DNA of 64,000 nucleotides, from the NCBI GenBank assembly GCA_965223295.1, contig CBDCWC010000003.1:416001-480000 (forward strand). The letters are read 5' to 3'. Below are positions 21,797 to 29,458 of the stretch, piece after piece. The notes beneath the pieces are model-generated. The model worked only from the letters and a program-made list of their open reading frames with translations. It ran no database searches and was not told the origin of the DNA. The stretch comes from Nitrospirales bacterium (GTDB lineage: Bacteria > Nitrospirota > Nitrospiria > Nitrospirales > UBA8639). Each line of letters begins with the position of its first letter. Position 1 is the stretch's first letter. The translations under genes and the position numbers were made by a program.

Positions 21797-22726
21797 TCAC
21801 TCGATTTCCTGAAGTTTTCCGCGACAGGCCAGTAATGATGGATACCCTTTTCGCTCCAGGCACTCAGCCACCTCCCGTACAAGCCGAGTAAACACACCAA
21901 CACCCTCCTCCATCAGAATGGTTCCAATTTGCACCGCAGAGGCTCCACAGAGCACATGCTCAAAGATATCAGTGCCACTCTCTACTCCGCCTGTTCCAAT
22001 GATCGGAATCTGATCACCCCAGATCTTCCAAAATGCTCGCACATTGGCCAATGCGACAGGCTTAATGATGCGCCCACCTAACCCGCCAAATCCTCCCTTG
22101 GGCTTAATCACCACCTGTTCGAGTTCAGAGTCTACAACAAGGGTATTCCCCACGGAATTAATCACGGTGACAAAGGCCACGCCAACTTGTTGCAACACTT
22201 CAGCAATTTTTTGATGGTGAATGGGATCGAAATACGGAGGAAGCTTCACGCCAAAAGGAATGGAGAAAATTTTTTGTATCTCACGCAACAACCGCTCTGT
22301 TTCCTCAAAATCATAGCCAATTTGCGGTTTGCCGTGAATATTGGGACAAGACAAATTCACTTCCACTAAATCAGGGCTTGCGGCGTTGAGGGCTTTTGCT
22401 CCTTCAAGAAAATCGTCAGGTTTGAGCCCTGCCAAACTGGCAACTACTGGTTTTTTAAATCGCTTGAGTTCCGGAATGAGCTGCGCATAGGCCGGATATC
22501 CAAGATTGGGCAGACCCATAGAATTAATCGATCCCCCATCAATCGCCACATACCGCGGGAGAGGATTCCCCTCACGCGCCAGAGGCGTCATCGATTTTGT
22601 CACAATCGCTCCGGCATCCGAATTTCCTAATGCCTCTAGTTCGGCCTGCGTGACACACAAGGCTCCGGAAGCATTCATGAGCCCTACCGGAAAGACCACA
22701 CCTGCAACACGTGTTGAAAGATCCAT
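21797..22726 (-). CDS. pyrD: Dihydroorotate dehydrogenase, class 1A-like
   Basis: MNASG, NSMGLPN, EVNLSCPN..GKPQ, VKLPPYFD, KPKGGFGGLGG. Confidence 0.92.
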   Translation of the reverse strand: MDLSTRVAGVVFPVGLMNASGALCVTQAELEALGNSDAGAIVTKSMTPLAREGNPLPRYVAIDGGSINSMGLPNLGYPAYAQLIPELKRFKKPVVASLAGLKPDDFLEGAKALNAASPDLVEVNLSCPNIHGKPQIGYDFEETERLLREIQKIFSIPFGVKLPPYFDPIHHQKIAEVLQQVGVAFVTVINSVGNTLVVDSELEQVVIKPKGGFGGLGGRIIKPVALANVRAFWKIWGDQIPIIGTGGVESGTDIFEHVLCGASAVQIGTILMEEGVGVFTRLVREVAECLERKGYPSLLACRGKLQEIE

Positions 22727-22732
22727 CTGTGC

Positions 22733-23395
22733 TTACTCCAACTGTCCATCTCGAATAGTGACTACGCGATCCGCTGCTTGCGCCGCATGTATCGAATGGG
22801 TCGCCAAGAGTACCGTTTGGCCAAACTCTTGGGCACATTGACGAAGTAAGGAGACGATGTGCTTACCCGTCGATTCATCTAAATTTCCGGTCGGTTCATC
22901 AGCTACAATCAATCTCGGGCGATGCACAAATGCACGAGCGATCGCCACGCGTTGTTGTTCGCCTCCAGACAACTCATGCGAACGATGCCCCAGCCGATGC
23001 TCCATCCCAACTTTCTGTAACATCTCCACAACTTGGGTCTTTACGGCAGTACTGACCATGCCCCGAAGACGTAAGGGCAATGCCACATTTTCTTCAATCG
23101 TTAACCCTGGAATAAGATGAAAGGCTTGAAAGACCATCCCAATTTTTTCCCGACGCCACTGGGTCCATTCCTGATCACCAAAAGCCGCACAAGAATACCC
23201 ATCCAACATGATGTCGCCAGAGGTCACCCAATCAAGACCAGCCACTAAATGCAAGAGCGTACTTTTCCCACTCCCACTTGGACCCATAAGCGCACAAAAC
23301 TCACCTTGCGAAATACTAAGGCTCAGGTCCCGTAGAGCCATGATAGGTATCGCATTCCGTCGGTATTCCTTACATACATGCTGACATTGAATCAT
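22733..23395 (-). CDS. ABC transporter ATP-binding protein (LolD/MacB-like)
   Basis: GPSGSGKST, LSGGEQQRVAIARA, ADEPTGNLD. Confidence 0.95.
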   Translation of the reverse strand: MIQCQHVCKEYRRNAIPIMALRDLSLSISQGEFCALMGPSGSGKSTLLHLVAGLDWVTSGDIMLDGYSCAAFGDQEWTQWRREKIGMVFQAFHLIPGLTIEENVALPLRLRGMVSTAVKTQVVEMLQKVGMEHRLGHRSHELSGGEQQRVAIARAFVHRPRLIVADEPTGNLDESTGKHIVSLLRQCAQEFGQTVLLATHSIHAAQAADRVVTIRDGQLE

Positions 23396-23551
23396 GAAGG
23401 CATCTTTACCACAGACCTACTCTGAGAAAACCATAGTATGGCTCAGGACAGTAGAAGCCCTTTTCGTATATCATACTCATACCTACCCGACCAAGGAGGG
23501 ATCGTAGGTATGTACGTTCCATTGCACCCTCATCCAGCCAACAAGGTCGGC

Positions 23552-24295
23552 ATGAACCAATACTCTTTCCCTCCGTCCCTTCTGAGAAAATGTCTCCACA
23601 CATTATTTCCAGCTAACTGCGCGAGTTGCGATACACGATTATGGGATGATCTTGTTCCATTTATCTGCCAAGCCTGCTGGGAAACGGTTACGAAAATTTC
23701 AGGACCATGCTGTACACATTGCGGTGTCCCATTTCATTCATCTTCTGCCTTACAGCACAGTCCAACCCATACATGCGGATCTTGTCGAACAAAACCCCCA
23801 GCCTTTGCCCAAACCTGGAGTCTCTTCCCCTACCAATCTCCACTCAAGGAAGCGATCGTCTTATTCAAATATCGTGGGAAACGTTCACTGACAAGACCAT
23901 TGTTGCAAGCCATGATTTCTGTGCTACCGACACTACCAACTCTTGATCTACTCATGCCAGTTCCGCTCCATCCACAACGCTTACGCGAACGTGAATATAA
24001 TCAATCAGCCTTATTGGCGCATAGGCTGAGTCAACACCTCAAGATTCCTTTACTTCTATCCTGTCTTCTCCGCACGCGAGCCACTGTGCCGCAAACGTCG
24101 CTCACGAGAAAAGAACGTCTCACAAACCTTCGCAAGGCGTTTGCCATCAGAGATGTCTCTCGCATCAAAGATCAACGCATCCTTTTGATTGACAATGTCT
24201 TCACTACCGGCACCACACTTCATGAATGCGCCAAAACCCTTCGGAAAGCCGGTTCCGGTCCCGTCTATGGGTTAACCTTAGCTCGCATGCTGTAA
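23552..24295 (+). CDS. comF: ComF family protein (double zinc ribbon plus PRTase fold)
   Basis: LFPANCASC, CQAC, CTHC, CGSC; PVPLH..R..REYNQS, IDNVFTTG; start uncertain. Confidence 0.9.
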   Translation: MNQYSFPPSLLRKCLHTLFPANCASCDTRLWDDLVPFICQACWETVTKISGPCCTHCGVPFHSSSALQHSPTHTCGSCRTKPPAFAQTWSLFPYQSPLKEAIVLFKYRGKRSLTRPLLQAMISVLPTLPTLDLLMPVPLHPQRLREREYNQSALLAHRLSQHLKIPLLLSCLLRTRATVPQTSLTRKERLTNLRKAFAIRDVSRIKDQRILLIDNVFTTGTTLHECAKTLRKAGSGPVYGLTLARML

Positions 24296-24373
24296 AAACT
24301 TTTTCCCTCTTTTCAATTCACTGGATTTACGGTATATACAGGGTTTATTCAGACCCTCGGGGGCCTCAATCTC

Positions 24374-24724
24374 ATGCCTATCTATGAATTTCTCTGTGAA
24401 GACTGCCGAAAGCACAGTACGTATTTAATTCTTCAGGGCCACTCCTCCACGCTATCCTGCAAGCATTGCAAGAGCCAACAATTGGAACGCATCATGTCAC
24501 GCTTTGCATCCCCAAAATCCGAAGAGGCCCGCATGGAAGCCCTGGCCGATCCCAGTAACTTTGGGGACGTCGATGAAAACGACCCCAAAAGCATGGCTCG
24601 TTTCATGAAAAAGATGGGCAAGGAAATGGGAGAAGACATGGGGGAAGATTTTGAAGAAGCGATGGAATCAATGGGAGAGGGTGGCCAGGAAGAGGACAGT
24701 ATGAGTCTTCCCGATATGGGTTGA
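24374..24724 (+). CDS. FmdB-family zinc ribbon protein with acidic Met-rich tail
   Basis: MPIYEFLCEDC...CKHC. Confidence 0.88.
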   Translation: MPIYEFLCEDCRKHSTYLILQGHSSTLSCKHCKSQQLERIMSRFASPKSEEARMEALADPSNFGDVDENDPKSMARFMKKMGKEMGEDMGEDFEEAMESMGEGGQEEDSMSLPDMG

Positions 24725-24906
24725 AGCAATCGTCATAAGATGTGAAATACCTAGGCAAACAGACGAAATGTCCACACCTACTATAGAAAGTGGTGTCTTA
24801 AAATGGAACACCCAAGGTGGACAACACCACTTGACTTTTTTTCATCTTTGAGTAAGCTACACTGTAGTTTTTAATACCAGTCTTTCCAGAAAAATCGACT
24901 CTAGTC

Positions 24907-25353
24907 ATGAGTAACTTCGCCGGGCAATATTATTGCAAAATCGATGAAAAAGGCCGGTTTGTGGTGCCGACCCATATCAGAGAAGATATCGAGGTCAACG
25001 GCAATAGTCTCATGTTTCTCAAAGGCCAGGATCTGCCAGTCTTAGCCTACACCAAGCCTGAGTGGGATCATTGCCTCCAAAAAGCCAAAGACACACTAGA
25101 TGAAGACCAGCGTCGGCTGTTTATGTATCACATGGTCTCGGAAGCCACACCATCAGAAATGGACCGTGCGGGTCGAATTCTCATTCCTAGCCGGTTACGG
25201 AAACTCATTCCTGTCGATGATGATCAAGAAGTCGTCATTGTCGGCATGTTCCACCGCCTAGAAGTCTGGAACCCTTCGGAATGGCGCCTGTTTGCCCGCA
25301 AGAATGAGGAAGCCTACGAACAAAACCTGGGCAAAATCCAGGGTATCTTATAA
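24907..25353 (+). CDS. mraZ: MraZ-family transcriptional regulator (not in a dcw cluster)
   Basis: Two DxxGR motifs (IDEKGRFVVP, MDRAGRILIP) and GMFHRLEVW. Confidence 0.85.
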   Translation: MSNFAGQYYCKIDEKGRFVVPTHIREDIEVNGNSLMFLKGQDLPVLAYTKPEWDHCLQKAKDTLDEDQRRLFMYHMVSEATPSEMDRAGRILIPSRLRKLIPVDDDQEVVIVGMFHRLEVWNPSEWRLFARKNEEAYEQNLGKIQGIL

Positions 25354-25418
25354 GTCAAAGCGCTTCTGCTTTTACCCTCACTCGTTACACATCCTCTCAT
25401 CCTTTACTCCCTCTACAC

Positions 25419-26009
25419 GTGAGACCTATCCGAATCCCAGTGCTTCCCCAGCTTCAGCGAAGGAAGGGAAAAGGGGGGTTAGTGTTGATCACTCGTCGTT
25501 CCCAAGGGTCCCGAGCTTCTGCCAGTAGACAAGATTGGACAGGGTTAGGCGGCGACACCCTCGCTCCAAACGAACTATTTGTGGTGTTACCTCTACCACC
25601 CAGCATCAACCATCAATATGCTACCGTGAATGGGCGGCGAGTGCTTTCCTCTAAAGGGCGTCACTACAAACATGCTGTGGCAAAACATCTTGAAGCCATC
25701 CTGCACAGATCCCCCTACCGAGCAGATTTTTTTGAAGGTTTAGGGAGACATTCTCTCAGTCTCTCAATACGCTTCTATTTCAAAACAGCGTTGCGGCGAG
25801 ATTTAGACGGTGGGCTCAAAATCACGCAAGACGCCATCTGTCAAGCGATCAGTTTGAATGATAACCGGATCACCGAAATCCATCTGCACAAGGACTTAGA
25901 CACCGACCGCCCCAGAATCGAATGCACTCTGACCCTCCAACAACTTCTCTCCGTGAAACCCAAAACTTCTCGCCGACGGCTCAATGCCGTCCTTCCCCAA
26001 AATCACTAA
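25419..26009 (+). CDS. RusA-family Holliday junction resolvase-like protein
   Basis: LPLPPSINHQY, LSSKGRHYK, RRDLDGGLKITQDA...NDNRI; start uncertain. Confidence 0.8.
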   Translation: MRPIRIPVLPQLQRRKGKGGLVLITRRSQGSRASASRQDWTGLGGDTLAPNELFVVLPLPPSINHQYATVNGRRVLSSKGRHYKHAVAKHLEAILHRSPYRADFFEGLGRHSLSLSIRFYFKTALRRDLDGGLKITQDAICQAISLNDNRITEIHLHKDLDTDRPRIECTLTLQQLLSVKPKTSRRRLNAVLPQNH

Positions 26010-26026
26010 GCTGGCTTATTACTACA

Positions 26027-26110
26027 ATTAGGGGTCAGACTCGAATTAAATGGCGCGGGATGTACCTCATGTGCTCTATGGTTGGAATTAATTCGAGTCT
26101 GACCCCTAAT
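26027..26110. repeat. Perfect 23-bp inverted repeat between convergent genes
   Basis: ATTAGGGGTCAGACTCGAATTAA (26027-26049) and TTAATTCGAGTCTGACCCCTAAT (26088-26110), 38-nt spacer. Confidence 0.9.
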
Positions 26111-26128
26111 ACAAAAAATTAACGACAT

Positions 26129-26539
26129 TTATCGGGAGGCAAAGGCTCGGGAGAGGGAAGGGAGGATGACAGCCAGCGGATGTTTGAGATTGCGTTTGGG
26201 TTGTTTGGCCAGAGCAGGAAAGTAGAATCCCATTTTGCGTCCTATGCGATGTCGAACCATGCCGGGTAGCCAAATACAGTCGCCAAGATAATGGAGTTTG
26301 ACAGACACCTGAGCATCTACAGATATCGGCGGGACTTGGTCTTTGGTAAATTCAACAAGCATGCCCTGTGTACTGACATTGATCACCCGCCCCTTACAGA
26401 CCACGCCTTGGCCACAGCGAATCACCACCGGCAACACTTGTTTTGGCGTGACCGTTGCGCGTCTGACGGCTCGTCGATCTTTCTGCGGGACAGGAATGGG
26501 ACGGCGGGAATCCGTTTTAAGAAGCGTGGATTGTCTCAT
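26129..26539 (-). CDS. PilZ-domain protein
   Basis: DRRAVRR (RxxxR) and NVSTQG (D/NxSxxG) motifs. Confidence 0.8.
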   Translation of the reverse strand: MRQSTLLKTDSRRPIPVPQKDRRAVRRATVTPKQVLPVVIRCGQGVVCKGRVINVSTQGMLVEFTKDQVPPISVDAQVSVKLHYLGDCIWLPGMVRHRIGRKMGFYFPALAKQPKRNLKHPLAVILPSLSRAFASR

Positions 26540-26907
26540 GACGATGAGTCCGACGAACCCTGTTCCAGCAATTCAAACACCTTCCAGGCTTCATCTTCAC
26601 TTTGGAACATAGGAATCCATTCATGAATTTCTGTCAATTCGAGGACATCTCGGACAAACCCCATCGGAGCAATAATGCCGAGTTTTCCTCCAATACGCTG
26701 AAAGCGCCGTTGCGCCAGCACCAGCCAACCTAAAGCCGCACTGTCGATAAATGAAACGGCAACCATATTCAACAATACAAACCGATAGCCTTCGGCAATG
26801 GTATAATCAATTCGCTGCTTAAAGTCTTGCCGGGCATGTTGGTCAAAACGGCCCACAAATGTTTCAACGACGGTCTGTTCACTGAGACTGCGTTCTGACA
26901 CGGCCAT
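26536..26907 (-). CDS. STAS-domain anti-sigma factor antagonist
   Basis: GRFD, VSFIDSAALGWLV, VRDVLELT; ATGA overlap with the PilZ gene. Confidence 0.88.
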   Translation of the reverse strand: MAVSERSLSEQTVVETFVGRFDQHARQDFKQRIDYTIAEGYRFVLLNMVAVSFIDSAALGWLVLAQRRFQRIGGKLGIIAPMGFVRDVLELTEIHEWIPMFQSEDEAWKVFELLEQGSSDSSS

Positions 26908-26975
26908 ACATCCCTTTCTTTGATTAGGTCTTCTCCCCTGGTTATCGGCCAGAATCTAGGAACTCTTAACCGTTC

Positions 26976-27168
26976 GGGGTCTGTTGAAAAAAGCCGCCAG
27001 CGGCGTTCTCGCCATTTTTCCGTGCTCACGTAGGACTCGTACGCTCCGCGCGCAAACATGGCTGTGGCCTTGCTGGACGGACTTTTTTGAACAGACCCGA
27101 GGCCTCTGACATATAACACCACAGAGGCTAAATGTGGCCGTTGATATCATCATTATTCAACAGTCCCA
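26976..27168 (+). repeat. Dispersed MITE-like element, copy B
   Basis: Terminal IRs GGGTCTGTTGAA / TTCAACAGTCCC, internal IR TTGAACAGACCC, flanked by TTC...TTC. Confidence 0.92.
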
Positions 27169-27224
27169 TTCAGAAAGATTTGGACGGGCTCTTCAATACC
27201 GAATACCGGTAAAACGGATAGTGC

Positions 27225-27878
27225 TTACCGGTTGGGAGAGAAACGAATGAGTAAATCATCCGCATATTGGAAAGGCGTATGCTGCTCAGGATGGCTGATA
27301 AACGGTCTCGTGATACGCAGGCGAATGGTGTGAGGACCCGCTTTCACACGATATCGGCCTTCAAAATGATGACGAAGAACTTTTCCATTCTCGATTGGTC
27401 CCATATCATGACTGGCAATAACGTGGTCATCCACGACCCACTCAAAACGGCCACCGGCTAAATTTCGTTTATCTTTTGGTGAATGATAGGTCACTGCGAT
27501 ATGAGCTGAGAGGTCGAGGCGTCCTATTTCGGTCGTGATCTGGACCAACACGCCCCCTCCCTGATCAGCTGCGTTTTCGGGGTCATATTGGACTTGCCCA
27601 ACTTGAAATTTGAGACTCTGAGACTCTTGGCCGTCTTTGAGCATGTCAAACGGAGTAACGATCGGCCAGCCATCTCCACCAATCGTGCCATTGGGCGTCA
27701 CAAACCTTTCCCAGGGAATCTTTTCTCCATGCTCAAAATTTGTCCGACTGAGTGTCGATGCCTCACCGATAGGCACGCTGGCCAGCACCAGAACTGTCCA
27801 TATCCAGGAGACTTTAAAGAAGGCAACCGGCGACAGTCGGTATGGCTTGATCATTTGCGCTCTTCTACGTTGATTCAT
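27225..27878 (-). CDS. Hypothetical exported protein
   Basis: 217 aa ORF with signal-peptide-like N-terminus; no recognised family. Confidence 0.6.
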   Translation of the reverse strand: MNQRRRAQMIKPYRLSPVAFFKVSWIWTVLVLASVPIGEASTLSRTNFEHGEKIPWERFVTPNGTIGGDGWPIVTPFDMLKDGQESQSLKFQVGQVQYDPENAADQGGGVLVQITTEIGRLDLSAHIAVTYHSPKDKRNLAGGRFEWVVDDHVIASHDMGPIENGKVLRHHFEGRYRVKAGPHTIRLRITRPFISHPEQHTPFQYADDLLIRFSPNR

Positions 27879-27981
27879 TGGTCATCTTGGGTTCAGATTG
27901 TGATGTTTTATATAAAATAGGTGTTATTTCGCCAATTTCCACGGTATTATAAAAGGTTTTATCACCAAGGAGCCAATATTC

Positions 27982-29082
27982 ATGTTCACAGTCATGTCTT
28001 CAGTTTTATCGCAAGCAATAACTTATACCATCCTTGTTCTAGGGTTCGGGTTGGGGATTGGAATATCCATCCCTTTTTCGGTAGCGGCCTCTTCTGTCAT
28101 AAACACTCCCGCTGTTCCACTTCAAAAGATTCAACAGGTTCGTGTTGAGACGCTTGCACTCACTGAAAGAGGGTTGCAAGACTCTTCTAGCTTGCACCAG
28201 GTCGTGGGCAAACGTTTAACTCAAGCCGGTTTTACTCCAGTCCATGACGCAAATACTCCTTCAGATGTTGTCGTACGAGTAAAATGCGAAGAACGAAAAA
28301 CGCAGACGGGTCCCAGTCGAAACCGAAAGAGGGGACATGCCTTGTCAACGGCTTCTCGCCTTTGGAAAGGGCCTGCCTGCCGTGTTTCCTATCGATATCA
28401 GGGAAAACCCTCCCGTTGGAGTAGAGAAATACAAGCCCCGTTTGAAGACCCTCTACAGGCAGCCAAGGCTGCTGATGCGTCCAATGCAGGTCAGTATGCC
28501 TTACATGCGTTACAGACCCAACTTGCTCAAGATGAATTTCCCCTGTATCTGGCAGCGGATTGGGGACAAGCCGATCGTCTAATCCAGGTGTTTCAGCAAG
28601 CAGCAGATCAACCGGACCGACGCCGTCTCATTCTTGAATTACTCGGCCCTCTCAGTTCCCCAGCTGCTCTGGCAACCATCAAAGAAGCCTTAACAAACCC
28701 TGAACTGGCCTTGGCCGCAATTGCAGCGCTTGGAGACCAGGGTGAAATAGCCATTTCTTCGTTGATCAATATTTTGAACTCGTCTGAACGCCCTGAACAC
28801 AAACTCGCAGCCCTCAAGTCATTAGGGGAAATTGCCACTCACAGCTCACCTCCCACTCTTTATGATGTGTTTGTCAAACAATTGAAATCCCAAGATCCTC
28901 GCATGCAAGCTATCGCGGTTCGAGGATTGGGACGCTTAGGGGATCTACGAGCGGTCACGCCAATAGAAGCCCTCAATATTCAGGCCTGGTCCAACCCTTC
29001 CACTCATGCCGACATGCAAGCGTTACGGGAAGCCTTAAATTGGAGTCTCTATCAGTTGGACGCCTCTTCTTCATCCCACTGA
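27982..29082 (+). CDS. HEAT-repeat protein with N-terminal membrane anchor
   Basis: AAIAALGDQG, AALKSLGEI, AVRGLGRLGDLRAVTP repeats. Confidence 0.75.
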   Translation: MFTVMSSVLSQAITYTILVLGFGLGIGISIPFSVAASSVINTPAVPLQKIQQVRVETLALTERGLQDSSSLHQVVGKRLTQAGFTPVHDANTPSDVVVRVKCEERKTQTGPSRNRKRGHALSTASRLWKGPACRVSYRYQGKPSRWSREIQAPFEDPLQAAKAADASNAGQYALHALQTQLAQDEFPLYLAADWGQADRLIQVFQQAADQPDRRRLILELLGPLSSPAALATIKEALTNPELALAAIAALGDQGEIAISSLINILNSSERPEHKLAALKSLGEIATHSSPPTLYDVFVKQLKSQDPRMQAIAVRGLGRLGDLRAVTPIEALNIQAWSNPSTHADMQALREALNWSLYQLDASSSSH

Positions 29083-29157
29083 TATGGAACCCAGGGACTG
29101 AGTCCCGAAAGGGACCACACCTCTGCATGCTAAGCAAATATCTCTGTTATTACTTTC

Positions 29158-29349
29158 GGAGACTGTTGAATAATGATGATAGCAACGGCCAAATTTCGTC
29201 TCTACGACGTCACATGTCAGAGGCATCGGGGCTGTTCAAAAAGTTCGTCCAGCAAGGCCACAGCCATGTTTGCGCGCGGAGCGTCCTGGCAGTACGTGAG
29301 CACGGAACAATGGCGAGAATGCCGCTGGCGGATTTTTTCAACAGACCCT
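29158..29349 (-). repeat. Dispersed MITE-like element, copy C
   Basis: Reverse orientation of copy B; flanked by TTC...TTC. Confidence 0.92.
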
Positions 29350-29458
29350 TTCAGGGCACTAGCAGGCATTCCCAGCTTTACTTTTATCATACGCCCGACA
29401 TAGGCTTTTCCTATCGAATTCTTGGGAGGTAGTCTCAACAAGGAACCAACAAAGACCG

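Noticed and set aside
24753-24785. GGCAAACAGACGAAATGTC as a c-di-GMP-I riboswitch
   Set aside because: It lacks the following G(A/G)CGCAAA segment and second stem, and lies upstream of the apparent promoter.
25419-26009. RusA-like gene as evidence of a prophage
   Set aside because: No integrase, structural, replication or lysis genes nearby.
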